From: an uncultured Candidatus Binatia bacterium
GTDB lineage: Bacteria; Desulfobacterota; Binatia; UBA9968; JAJDTQ01
NCBI GenBank assembly: GCA_965242525.1
Contig: OZ251459.1
Coordinates: 96,001-160,000, forward strand
DNA: 64,000 nt
Reading direction: 5' to 3'
The notes below the pieces were generated by a model. It did not search any database. It worked only from the letters and a program-made list of their open reading frames with translations, and was not told the DNA's origin. Below, in pieces: positions 30,459 through 39,731 of the stretch. The position numbers and the translations under genes were made by a program. Numbering within the stretch: the first letter of the stretch is position 1; each line of letters begins with the position of its first letter.

Positions 30459-30955
30459 TTCCCGGCCTCCTGCCTCATCACTGCCGCGGCCTTGCGGATC
30501 GCCTTGACGATGGGGACGTACCCGGTGCAGCGGCAGAGGTTGCCGTCCATGTGGTGGATGATCTCGTGGTCGGAGGGGTTCGGGACGTCGTCGAGCAGCG
30601 CCTTGGCGGACAGGATCATCCCCGGCGTGCAGAAGCCGCACTGGAACGCGAACTCGTCGATGAAGCACTGCTGGATCGGGTGCAGCGTGCGGTCGGCCTT
30701 CTCCAGGCCCTCGATGGTGGTGACGCTCCGCCCTTGGGACTCGTAGGCTAGGTACGTGCAGGAGCTCACCGGCAGGCCGTCCACCAGCACCGTGCAGGCC
30801 CCGCAGACCTGGACCTCGCACGAGATCTTGGTACCGGTGAGGTTCAGCCGGTCCCGGAGCACCTGGGACAGGGTCTCTTGCGGCTCGCACTCCACGGCCA
30901 CGGTCTTGCCGTTGAGTTCGAAGCGCAGGTCCATGTGGGCTTGCGGCTTAGACAT
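30455..30955 (-). CDS. 2x[2Fe-2S] (small) subunit of the molybdenum hydroxylase
   Basis: GTKISCEVQVCGACTV, QCGFCTPG, GNLCRCTGY. Confidence 0.93.
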   Translation of the reverse strand: MSKPQAHMDLRFELNGKTVAVECEPQETLSQVLRDRLNLTGTKISCEVQVCGACTVLVDGLPVSSCTYLAYESQGRSVTTIEGLEKADRTLHPIQQCFIDEFAFQCGFCTPGMILSAKALLDDVPNPSDHEIIHHMDGNLCRCTGYVPIVKAIRKAAAVMRQEAGK

Positions 30956-31970
30956 AGTGGGGGATGATCTCCTCGGACCAGAGCAGCATCTCCCTGTACA
31001 TGGTGTCCATGTCCGGGTAGATGAGCTTGAGCTCGAAGTGCTGCACGCCGGCCTCGATGAACTCGTCGAGGCGTTTCCGGACGTCGTCCACCGAGCCGAT
31101 GATGTGGCGGTCCAGCGCGAACTGGATGTTGTCCACGTCGCGCTCGTAGGTGTGGGAGCTCTCGCGGATGGTGGGCAGCGCCAGGGTCAGGGCCTCGTCC
31201 CGGGTGCGGGCGATGGCGGCCAGCTTCTCTACCGCGATCTTGACGCCCGCAGGGTCCCGGCCCGCGTCCTCGGCCGCCTTCCTGAGGATGCCGCAGCCCC
31301 GAGCCATCTCCGCCGGCGAAAGCCATCCGGGGATCCAGCCCTCGCCGTAGCGCCCGGCGCGCACCGCGGCCTGGTCCATCCAGCCGCCCACCCACACCGG
31401 AGGATGGGGTTTCTGCAGCGGCTTGGGGTGGACCTCGGCGTTGTCGAACTTGAGGTACTTGCCCTCGTAGGACGCCATGGGCTGGGTCCAGATGGCCTTC
31501 ATGGCCTCGATGTACTCGTCCGTGCGGTTGCCCCGGCCCTTGACGGGCACCTCGAAGACGTCGAACTCGCTGGAGTCTCGGGTGGCCTTGGAGCCGAGGC
31601 CGACCCCCACCAGGAGCCGCCCGTCGCACAGGTGGTCCAGCGTGGCGCACTGCTTGGCCGCGTAGATGGGGTTGCGCAGCGGCATGACCAGGCACGCCAC
31701 CCCGATCTGGATGTCCTTCGTCTTGGCGGCCAGGTACGACATGGTGGTCATGGCCTCGAAGAAGTTGGCCTCCTGGGCGTCGGTGAGGGCTTCCGCGGCC
31801 CCCGACGAGATGTGGTGCCGGTGCATCTCCGAGCTCCACACCACGTGGTCGTGGAGCCAGACGGTGTCGAAGCCCAGCTCCTCCGAGTTCTGCGCCGCCT
31901 TGACGATGTTCTCCTTGCTGGAAAGCGGTCCGGAGTTGGGCACCCGGATGCCGAATTCGAATTTACCCAT
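30948..31970 (-). CDS. LLM-class flavin/F420-dependent oxidoreductase
   Basis: GFDTVWLHDH, R.P...AK..ATLD.L..GR, PKPLQ.PHPPVWVGG. Confidence 0.9.
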   Translation of the reverse strand: MGKFEFGIRVPNSGPLSSKENIVKAAQNSEELGFDTVWLHDHVVWSSEMHRHHISSGAAEALTDAQEANFFEAMTTMSYLAAKTKDIQIGVACLVMPLRNPIYAAKQCATLDHLCDGRLLVGVGLGSKATRDSSEFDVFEVPVKGRGNRTDEYIEAMKAIWTQPMASYEGKYLKFDNAEVHPKPLQKPHPPVWVGGWMDQAAVRAGRYGEGWIPGWLSPAEMARGCGILRKAAEDAGRDPAGVKIAVEKLAAIARTRDEALTLALPTIRESSHTYERDVDNIQFALDRHIIGSVDDVRKRLDEFIEAGVQHFELKLIYPDMDTMYREMLLWSEEIIPHYV

Positions 31971-32039
31971 GTCAGCTCCTCGAATCCTTCGGTGCGGGGC
32001 GCGGCGCCGTCGGGCCGGCGCCTGCCCGGACGGGCCCCC

Positions 32040-32954
32040 TCAGGGCTCCGTCACCGCGATGCGGTCGTATTTCAGGTGGCGGTTGTACCAGTCCACCACC
32101 TCGCCGGCGATCTGGTCGAAGTAGTCGTTATAGACCCCGTAGTGGGTGGTCTTGCGCAGCATGACGAGTTTCCTGGGCTCTCCCGCCTTCTCGTACATGC
32201 GGACGGACTGCTCCTCCGGGGTGGTGGCGTCGTTCTCCACCGCGATGAACAGGACTCCCCGGGGCGCGATCCTGTGGACCACGTCCTCCGGCCGGTAGTC
32301 CAGGATCTCCGCGGCGCACTGCAACGGCATCTGGTTGGGGATCTTGGACGCCACTTCCTTCTTGATGTTGGTGGTCTTGCGCTCCGGGGTCTGGACCATG
32401 ATCTCCTCCCGGGCGGGCACGAGTTCGCCGGCGCCGGTGAGCACCCGCTGCCTGCGGTCCTTCTCGATGCGCTTGAGGTAGTCGAGCCACTCGTATTCCC
32501 GGCGCATGGAATGGAGCCAGTCGCGGCCGTTGGCCACCCCCAGGTAGCACACCACGCACTTGACGCGGCTGTCGATGCCCGCCACCAGCACCGCGTTGCC
32601 GCCCCCGGTGCCGCCGGACCCGTAGGTGGCGATGCGGTCGGAGTCCACGTCGTCGCGGGTCTCCATGTAGGTGATGGCGTTGCGGATGTCCTCCGCCTGC
32701 CAGGTGGGCATCACCCAGCCCTTCTGCGGTCCTTCGCTCTCGCCCCAGCCCCGGTAGTCGAAGCACAGGCACGCGTAGCCCGCCTCGCACAACCGCTCGA
32801 ACATCAGGATGTAGTGCTTGGCGTCCTTGAGTCCCAGGAAGCCCGGGCCCTGGACGATGCCCGGCCAGGGTTTCCCCTTGTCGCCGTCGGGCAGGTAGAG
32901 GGTCCCGTGGACCTTGTAACCCTCGCTGTAGAAACGGACGTCTTCTTTTTGCAT
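32040..32954 (-). CDS. Alpha/beta-fold hydrolase with an atypical nucleophile elbow
   Basis: VRFYSEG, FDYRGWGESEG, DIRNAITY, RIATYGSGGTGGG, THY. Start MQKED. Confidence 0.82.
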   Translation of the reverse strand: MQKEDVRFYSEGYKVHGTLYLPDGDKGKPWPGIVQGPGFLGLKDAKHYILMFERLCEAGYACLCFDYRGWGESEGPQKGWVMPTWQAEDIRNAITYMETRDDVDSDRIATYGSGGTGGGNAVLVAGIDSRVKCVVCYLGVANGRDWLHSMRREYEWLDYLKRIEKDRRQRVLTGAGELVPAREEIMVQTPERKTTNIKKEVASKIPNQMPLQCAAEILDYRPEDVVHRIAPRGVLFIAVENDATTPEEQSVRMYEKAGEPRKLVMLRKTTHYGVYNDYFDQIAGEVVDWYNRHLKYDRIAVTEP

Positions 32955-33039
32955 GTGGCTCTCCCGGAAGCCCGCGGCGCGGAGCGGGCTTCCGCCTCGG
33001 GTCCGCCGGACCCGGGCTTCCGAACCCCGGCCAGGGGCG

Positions 33040-34029
33040 CTAGGCCCGCAGGGCCGGCAGCACTTCCTTGCCCAGCAGGTCGATCTGCTCGTACCAGTCC
33101 GCGTAGCGGAACCGCAGGTCATAGACGATGTGGTCGAGGCCGCCCTCCTCGTAGCGCTGCGAGTCCCGGACGACGTCTTCCGGCGTGCCCGCCAGCAGCA
33201 GCCCCTCGATGTCCTCCAGCCTGGAGAAGGTCCCCGAAGCCGGCTTGACCCAGGTGGGCTTCTTGTTGCCCTCGTTGATGAGTCCCGGGGCGTTGACCTT
33301 GCTCACCGCGGTGTCCTTGTCCCTGGCGATGCTGGTGATGGGGATGGCCCCGGTGGTGACCATGGGCTTGCCGGCCTTGTCGCAGAGGTCGTGCAGGTAT
33401 TCGATGCACTTGTGGAAGGTCGCCAGCGGGATGCGGCCGGGCATCCATCCGTCGCAGTAGTCCACCGCGCGGCGGCACGACGCCGGCGTGCCGCCGCCGT
33501 ACCAGATGGGGATGGGCGCCAACGGCGTGGGCTTGAGCTCCACGTCCTCGAAGGAGAAGTACTCGTCCTCGTAATCGACTTTCTCGCCGGCCCAGAGCCG
33601 CCGCACGATGTGGGAGTTGACCTTGGCGAGGTTGAAGCGGTCGTCGCGCGTGTTCTTGAGGCCGGCCGCGGCGAACTCGTGCTGGAACGTGCCCGCGCCG
33701 ATGCCCATGATGACCTTGCCGTCCGCCAGCACGCTCAGGGCCGCCATGCACTGGGCCAGGTGGATGGGGTGCCGGTGGGAGATGACGGTGCCCGTGCCCA
33801 GCGTCAGCTTCCTGCACACGGACGAGATCGCCGACAGGATGGCGACGCACTCGATGTGGGTGTTGTCCGTGCCTTCCATGCCGTGGGGCTCGAAGACCAG
33901 GTGGTCGCGCACCCAGACGGAATCGAACCCGTAGGACTCCGCCAGCTTCGACCCCTCGATGCACTTCTCGGCCGATCCCTGGTCCCCGAAATGGGGCAGG
34001 AGCAGCCCGAACTTCAGTTTCGTCGCCAT
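33040..34029 (-). CDS. LLM-class flavin/F420-dependent oxidoreductase
   Basis: GFDSVWVRDH, LGTG, RHP..LA, PIPIWYGG, DGWMP. GGAGG RBS. Confidence 0.9.
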   Translation of the reverse strand: MATKLKFGLLLPHFGDQGSAEKCIEGSKLAESYGFDSVWVRDHLVFEPHGMEGTDNTHIECVAILSAISSVCRKLTLGTGTVISHRHPIHLAQCMAALSVLADGKVIMGIGAGTFQHEFAAAGLKNTRDDRFNLAKVNSHIVRRLWAGEKVDYEDEYFSFEDVELKPTPLAPIPIWYGGGTPASCRRAVDYCDGWMPGRIPLATFHKCIEYLHDLCDKAGKPMVTTGAIPITSIARDKDTAVSKVNAPGLINEGNKKPTWVKPASGTFSRLEDIEGLLLAGTPEDVVRDSQRYEEGGLDHIVYDLRFRYADWYEQIDLLGKEVLPALRA

Positions 34030-34269
34030 GACTCAGCCCTCCTTGTGGTCTGTCGAACCGGATGAAAACCCTGCGTATCCGGCGGCCGAAGGATTCGAGC
34101 GTCCCGGAAACGGGCGGTTGCAGCGCGTGGCCGAACGGCGCCGCTCCGCGCTCTCCTCGTCTCGACCGCAACCGATGCCGTCACTGCGAAGAACCATGAA
34201 CCATGCGGCCGGGCAGGGTTGTTGGACCGCATTACGGAGTTCACTTCTCGCCTGGTAACCGAGCCGCGT

Positions 34270-34299
34270 ATCATAGACCCGCCTCCCGAGCACTGTCAA
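34270..34299 (-). promoter_or_regulatory. Sigma70-like promoter for the LLM/Mo-hydroxylase operon
   Basis: TTGACA (34299-34294), 18-nt spacer, TATGAT (34275-34270) on the minus strand. Confidence 0.6.
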
Positions 34300-34519
34300 G
34301 CGCGCCCGCTCCCCCCAAGTCCACCACCCGGTCGGCGGCGGGCGGGTGCGCCGGTCCTGCCCACGCCCCGGTTCACGTCCCGGTTCCGCCTTGAAACCCC
34401 GTGCGGGATTTGCCATGTTCCCCGCGGCCATGCGTTCCTTGCCCCTCCTGCACGCCGGTCCCGCGGCACACGCCGCGTTGCGCGCCGCGCGGACCCCGGC
34501 GGGCGGTCGTTGAGCGGAC

Positions 34520-37500
34520 ATGTTCACGGATTACTTCCTCACCCGCGGCATAAGGGAGACGCCCGAGTGGAAGGCGTCGGTCTCCCGGCCGGAAGCCTTT
34601 GCCGCCTTTCGGGACGGCGTTGCACGGCGCCATGAGGCCCTCGGCCGGTCTCACGAGCCCAACGAGGCCCAGACCGAGCAGGACCTGGTCCGTCCCGTCC
34701 TGGAGTCGTTGGGATGGACCGACTACCTGCCGCAACAGGGTACGGAGGACGTTCCCGACCACCTGCTGTTTGCGGACGCCGAAGCCAGGGCGTTGGCCGA
34801 GACCGAACGCAACCCCGGGGAGCGTATCCGGTACGCCGCGGCGGTGCAGGAGAGCAAACGCTTCGGTCTGTCCCTGGCCGCCCGGAGCCCGGAGGGCAAG
34901 ACGCGGGCGGAGACGCCTCACAGGCAGGTCCTTCGGTATCTCGCCACCGCGGAGAGCGTTTCGGACGGCCGCGTGCGCTGGGGCATACTGACCAACGGCG
35001 GCGTGTGGCGTCTCTACGACGGGCGCGCCCGGCCCCGGGACAGCGGCTACTTCGAGGTCGATCTGGGGGAAGCGCTCCGCTCGGACGACGACGACCTTCT
35101 CCGCGCCTTCCGCCTGTTGTTCGGCCGGGACGCCTTCACGCTCCGGGAGGGCGCCAAGGCCACTTTCCTGGAAACCGCCCTCGCGGAGGGACGACGCTAC
35201 GAGGAGCAGGTGGCGCGGGACCTGTCCGGCGTGGTGTTCAACCGCGTCTTTCCCAACCTCGTCGGGGCGCTGGCGGACCATACGACCGAGGAGCTTCCCG
35301 AAATACGCCAGGCGGCGCTGATCTTCCTCTACCGACTGCTGTTCGTCTTCTACGCGGAGGACAGGGGGCTGCTGCCGGTCAACGATTCGCGTTACGACGA
35401 CTACGGAGCACGCGAGGGGGTGCGGGACGATGTGGCCCGCAGGACGGCCGACGGGGACGCCTTTTCCGCCGTGGCCGCCAACTACCACGACCGCCTGACC
35501 ACGCTCTTCAAGCTCGTGAACGAGGGTGACGAATCCATCGGACTGCCGCCCTACAACGGCGGCCTGTTCGGTTCGGACGCCGCGCCGCTGCTGGACGAGG
35601 TCCGCCTGCCCGATGCCGCGGTCGCTCCCATCATCCATGACCTCAGCCACGTCGAGGACGCGGACGGGAAGGGTCCGCGTTTCGTCAACTACCGGGACAT
35701 GTCCGTGCAGCAACTCGGTTCGATCTACGAGCGGCTGCTGGAGCAGGAACCGGTCCGCAACGAGGACGGCGCCATCGTGGTCCGTCCCAACCCCTACGCC
35801 CGCAAGGACAGCGGCAGCTTCTTCACCCCCCAGGAGTTGGTGGACCTGATCGTGGACCGGACCCTGAAACCGCTGGTCGAAGAGCGGCGCGAAGCGTTCG
35901 AACGGAAGGCCGCGGAACTGCGGAGCGACCGTCGTCCCAAGGCCCGGCGCAAGGCGGAGTTGCTCGACCTGGACCCCGCGGAGGCGGTGCTGAACCTGAA
36001 GGTGCTCGACCCGTCCATGGGCAGCGGCCACTTCCTGGTCACCGCGGTGGATTTCCTCGCCGACGCCGTGGCCGATCTGGTGGAGCAGGCGTCGGCGATC
36101 CCGGAATGGCTCGACGGCGGTTACGTGTCGCCGTTGGTGGAGCGCGTGGCGGCCATCCGCGGAGACCTCCTGCAACGGGCGCGGGAGTCCGGCTGGGTGC
36201 TGGACGAGGCGCAGCTCACCGACTCGGCCATCATCCGCCGCATGGTGCTCAAGCGCTGCATCTACGGCGTGGACAAGAACCCCCTCACGGTAGAGTTGGC
36301 CAAGGTGTCGCTGTGGCTCCACAGCTTCACGGTGGGCGCGCCGCTCTCGTTCCTGGACCACCACCTGCGCTGCGGCGACTCCCTGGTGGGCATGCGTGTG
36401 GCGGCGGCTACGGAGGACCTGCGCAAGTTCGCCGTCCTGTTCTTCTCCGGCGCCATCGCCGCAACCGAGGCCGCCAGTCGAGGGATGGAGCGCATCGAGG
36501 AGTTGTCCGACGCCGACATCTCGGAGGTGCAGGAGTCGGCGAACCTGTTCGCGGAAGTCGACAAGGGCACCGCGGAGTTGCGCGGCCTGCTCGACTTCCT
36601 CTGCGGTTTCCGGTGGTTGACCGCGGGAAGGAAGAAGAAGGATCTCGCCGCCTTCGAGGCCCCTCTGGCAGAGACCCTGGGCCGACACTTGGCGGACGCC
36701 TGGAAGCTGCTGGTGGAGGGGCCGGACAGCCTTGCCGACGAAACGACCACCGACCACAACGGCTCCCGGGCGGCCTTCGGGGCGACGTGGGAGGAAGCCC
36801 GCTCCATCGCCGGCCGTGAGCGTTTCCTCCACTGGGACTTGGCTTTTCCCGGGGTATGGCGCCGTTGGCATGACCCGCGCCCCGCAGGAGGCTTCGACGC
36901 GGTCATCGGCAACCCGCCGTGGGACCGCATCAAGCTGCAGGAGGTGGAGTGGTTTGCGACCCGCGATTCTGCCATCGCCCACGCCCAGACCGATGCGGAA
37001 CGAAAAAAGCGCGTCAGGCGGCTGCGTCAGCAGGGGGCGTCCCTTGCGGCCGAGTTCGACGACGCCAAGGCCGAGGCCGAGAGCCGGAGCCGGATGGTCC
37101 GCTCCCACGGCGATTACCCTCTGCTCGGCCGCGGCGACGTCAACATCTATTCGCTCTTCGTGGAGCGGGCCATGCAACTGGTGAAGCCGGACGGGTTCGT
37201 GGGACTGCTTACGCCATCGGGCATCTATGGCGATCTGACCGCAGCGCCATTTTTCCAGATGGTCTCCACCAGCGGACGGGTAGCCGCATTGTTCGACTTC
37301 CAGAACCAACCTCCCTCCTATACCGGCAAGCCGCGGTTCTTCCCGGCCGTGCACCCGAGTCTCAAATTCTGTGCCATCGTTTTCGGCGGAGAGGAGCGAA
37401 AGTTCCCTCGCACCGACTACGCCTTCTTCCTGGACGGCACCCAAACCATCCAGGATCCGGATAGGTGCTTCTCGCTGACGCCGGCAGACTTCGCCCGGAT

Positions 37501-38584
37501 CAACCCGAACACCGGCACCACTCCGGTTTTCCGCACCCGCCGGGACGCGGAGATCACCCGTCGGGTCCATGAGCGTCATCCGCTGCTGGTGGACCGTTCG
37601 ACGGATGTAGAACGGCGCGCTTGGCCGGTCCGGTACGTGCGGATGTTCGACATGACCAATGATTCCATGCTGTTCCGAACCCGGGCGCAACTCGAAGCCG
37701 ACGGCTTCTACCCCGTCCGGGGGAACCGCTGGAAACGCGGGGAAGAATTCTGCTGGCCGCTGTACGAAGGCAAGATGGTGCAGGCCTTCGATCACCGCGC
37801 CGCCAGCGTCGTGGTCAACCCGAAGAACCTGAACCGCCCCGCCCAGCCCAGGACCACGACCCTTGAAGAGCACGCCGATCCGAACTGGCTGCCCAATCCG
37901 CAATTCTGGGTCCGCGCGGATGCCTTTGAATGGCCGTGGGAGTTGGATTGGGTCTTGGGATTCAAGGAAATTACTGCGCCGACCAACAGGCGCACCATGA
38001 TTAGCTCGCTGTTGCCGAAGGCGGCGTTTGGGAACAAGACGCCTGTCTTCCTCCCGGTTTACGGCGACCCTTGCGATACCGCGGCTGCCTACAAGGACTC
38101 TGCTCCTTCCCTGGTTGCGAACTTCAACAGTCTGGCGTTCGACTTCGTTACACGGCAGAAGATCCACGGGCAGACACTGAACCTGTACATCGTCGAGCAA
38201 CTTCCCGTTATCGCGCCCGATGGCTACAACCGGCGTTTCGGGAACGCCGCGGCCCGAGACCTCGTCCGCGACCACGTGCTCCGCCTCACCTACACCGCCC
38301 ACGATATGGCCCCCTTCGCCCGTGACCTCGGCTACGACGGTCCGCCTTTCATCTGGGACGAAGAGGAACGCCGCCACCTGCGGGCGCGGCTCGACGCCCT
38401 CTACTTCCACCTCTACGGAATCGACCGGGACGACGCAGAATACATCCTGAGCACCTTCCCCATCGTCCGCCGCGAAGACGAAGCCGAGTTCGGCCACTAC
38501 CGCACCCGTGACCTCATCCTCGCCTACATGAACGCCCTGGCCGCGGGAGACACGGAAAGCGTGGTGGCCGTCGGCCCGAAGTAG
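34520..38584 (+). CDS. Type IIG (Eco57I-like) fused restriction endonuclease-methyltransferase
   Basis: N-terminal PD...ESK and WGILTNG..WRLY, GSIYERLL, GSFFTP, motif I VLDPSMGSGHFL, motif IV GNPPW, C-terminal target-recognition region. Confidence 0.9.
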   Translation: MFTDYFLTRGIRETPEWKASVSRPEAFAAFRDGVARRHEALGRSHEPNEAQTEQDLVRPVLESLGWTDYLPQQGTEDVPDHLLFADAEARALAETERNPGERIRYAAAVQESKRFGLSLAARSPEGKTRAETPHRQVLRYLATAESVSDGRVRWGILTNGGVWRLYDGRARPRDSGYFEVDLGEALRSDDDDLLRAFRLLFGRDAFTLREGAKATFLETALAEGRRYEEQVARDLSGVVFNRVFPNLVGALADHTTEELPEIRQAALIFLYRLLFVFYAEDRGLLPVNDSRYDDYGAREGVRDDVARRTADGDAFSAVAANYHDRLTTLFKLVNEGDESIGLPPYNGGLFGSDAAPLLDEVRLPDAAVAPIIHDLSHVEDADGKGPRFVNYRDMSVQQLGSIYERLLEQEPVRNEDGAIVVRPNPYARKDSGSFFTPQELVDLIVDRTLKPLVEERREAFERKAAELRSDRRPKARRKAELLDLDPAEAVLNLKVLDPSMGSGHFLVTAVDFLADAVADLVEQASAIPEWLDGGYVSPLVERVAAIRGDLLQRARESGWVLDEAQLTDSAIIRRMVLKRCIYGVDKNPLTVELAKVSLWLHSFTVGAPLSFLDHHLRCGDSLVGMRVAAATEDLRKFAVLFFSGAIAATEAASRGMERIEELSDADISEVQESANLFAEVDKGTAELRGLLDFLCGFRWLTAGRKKKDLAAFEAPLAETLGRHLADAWKLLVEGPDSLADETTTDHNGSRAAFGATWEEARSIAGRERFLHWDLAFPGVWRRWHDPRPAGGFDAVIGNPPWDRIKLQEVEWFATRDSAIAHAQTDAERKKRVRRLRQQGASLAAEFDDAKAEAESRSRMVRSHGDYPLLGRGDVNIYSLFVERAMQLVKPDGFVGLLTPSGIYGDLTAAPFFQMVSTSGRVAALFDFQNQPPSYTGKPRFFPAVHPSLKFCAIVFGGEERKFPRTDYAFFLDGTQTIQDPDRCFSLTPADFARINPNTGTTPVFRTRRDAEITRRVHERHPLLVDRSTDVERRAWPVRYVRMFDMTNDSMLFRTRAQLEADGFYPVRGNRWKRGEEFCWPLYEGKMVQAFDHRAASVVVNPKNLNRPAQPRTTTLEEHADPNWLPNPQFWVRADAFEWPWELDWVLGFKEITAPTNRRTMISSLLPKAAFGNKTPVFLPVYGDPCDTAAAYKDSAPSLVANFNSLAFDFVTRQKIHGQTLNLYIVEQLPVIAPDGYNRRFGNAAARDLVRDHVLRLTYTAHDMAPFARDLGYDGPPFIWDEEERRHLRARLDALYFHLYGIDRDDAEYILSTFPIVRREDEAEFGHYRTRDLILAYMNALAAGDTESVVAVGPK

Positions 38585-38648
38585 CCTCGTGCGTTCCACA
38601 AGGCGGCGCATACGGAAAGACCGCTGCGAGAAGAAGACCGGTCATGGT

Positions 38649-38678
38649 CCCGTCCGCTCCTTCTTGTGGCCGGACGGG
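38649..38678. terminator. Stem-loop downstream of the R-M gene
   Basis: CCCGTCCG...CGGACGGG 8-bp stem. Confidence 0.35.
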
Positions 38679-38753
38679 AATTGGTCTAAGAACCCTGTCC
38701 ATCCCGACCGTGCGCCGGTGGGCTGCGCGCAGGGGGGAACCCAGGGAGGAACC

Positions 38754-39701
38754 ATGAGCGATTTCTACAGTGAGTGGCTGGGCGTCACGGAACGGAACGA
38801 GAAGTTCGTGGAGGACGCCCCCAGGGTGGCGCGCCACAAGGACTTGGCGTGGGTACGGACGCGCCAGGACGCCAGGGCGGCGCTCATGATCGCCCCGGAG
38901 TTGGGCTTCCCCACCGGGGGCAGCCTGATGATGCGCGCGGAGATCCCCGTGGGATGGCATACGGGCCTCCACAGCCACGGGGAGGAGGCCATCTACGTGG
39001 AGAGCGGCAACGGCTTCCTGCTGCTGGACGGAAAGCGCTACGACTTCGGTCCCGGCACCGTCCTGCACGTGCCGTACCGGTCCCGGCACCAGTTGTTCAA
39101 TACGGGCGACGCGCCGGTGGGCTATCTCTCGGGGCTGGCTTGGCACCTGGAGGCTTCGGTCTATATGGGCCGCATGGACCAGTTCGAGGACTGCGGCGAG
39201 AACGAGGCAGCGGCGCTGGCCGGCATCGGACCGGAGGAGTCCCAGTACTGGCCGGAGGACCAACGGCGCATCTCCATGCGTCAGGACCAGCACGAGCTCT
39301 CGGCCGAGTCCAAGCACGGCGCCACCTATTTCCTCATGGGCCGCAGCGGCAACCGCAACGGCTTCAAGGCCACGGCCGCGGCCATCAGCTCCATCTTCGT
39401 GGAGTTGCCGCGCTCCAAGAGCCACAGCCACGCCCACCCGGAGGCGTACCTCTACGCTCTTCAGGGGGCCGGCTACTCGGAGATCGGCGGTAGGCAGTAC
39501 ACCTGGGAGCAGGGAGACGCGGTGCACGTCCCCCCGGGCATGATGCACCACCAGCACTTCAACCCCAGCGACGGCGAGACCCGCGAGCTCCGGTTCGAGT
39601 TCGGCATCCGCTACTGGCTGGTGGACCAGTGGAAGGGCTACGCCACCATCGACAAGCACCTCAAGGCCATGTCCATGGACGAGGACGACGAGGACAAGTA
39701 G
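38754..39701 (+). CDS. Bicupin protein
   Basis: HSHGEEA...HQLFN and HAHPEA...HHQHFN. GGAGG RBS. Confidence 0.85.
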   Translation: MSDFYSEWLGVTERNEKFVEDAPRVARHKDLAWVRTRQDARAALMIAPELGFPTGGSLMMRAEIPVGWHTGLHSHGEEAIYVESGNGFLLLDGKRYDFGPGTVLHVPYRSRHQLFNTGDAPVGYLSGLAWHLEASVYMGRMDQFEDCGENEAAALAGIGPEESQYWPEDQRRISMRQDQHELSAESKHGATYFLMGRSGNRNGFKATAAAISSIFVELPRSKSHSHAHPEAYLYALQGAGYSEIGGRQYTWEQGDAVHVPPGMMHHQHFNPSDGETRELRFEFGIRYWLVDQWKGYATIDKHLKAMSMDEDDEDK

Positions 39702-39731
39702 CCGGCGGCCCGAGGGCGGAGGACCCCCGCG

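Noticed and set aside
27301-30955. Aerobic CO dehydrogenase (coxMSL)
   Set aside because: The active-site loop is SSFRGFG, not AYxCSFR or AYxGAGR, and no cox accessory genes are present.
34030-34269. Riboswitch in the long leader of the LLM operon
   Set aside because: No known aptamer consensus was recognised by eye. An Rfam/Infernal scan would be needed.
34373-38611. 1412-aa antisense ORF and similar long ORFs (5045-8272, 5407-8334, 51546-55685, 61276-63999)
   Set aside because: Shadow or alternative frames of well-supported genes in high-GC DNA, with no recognisable motifs.
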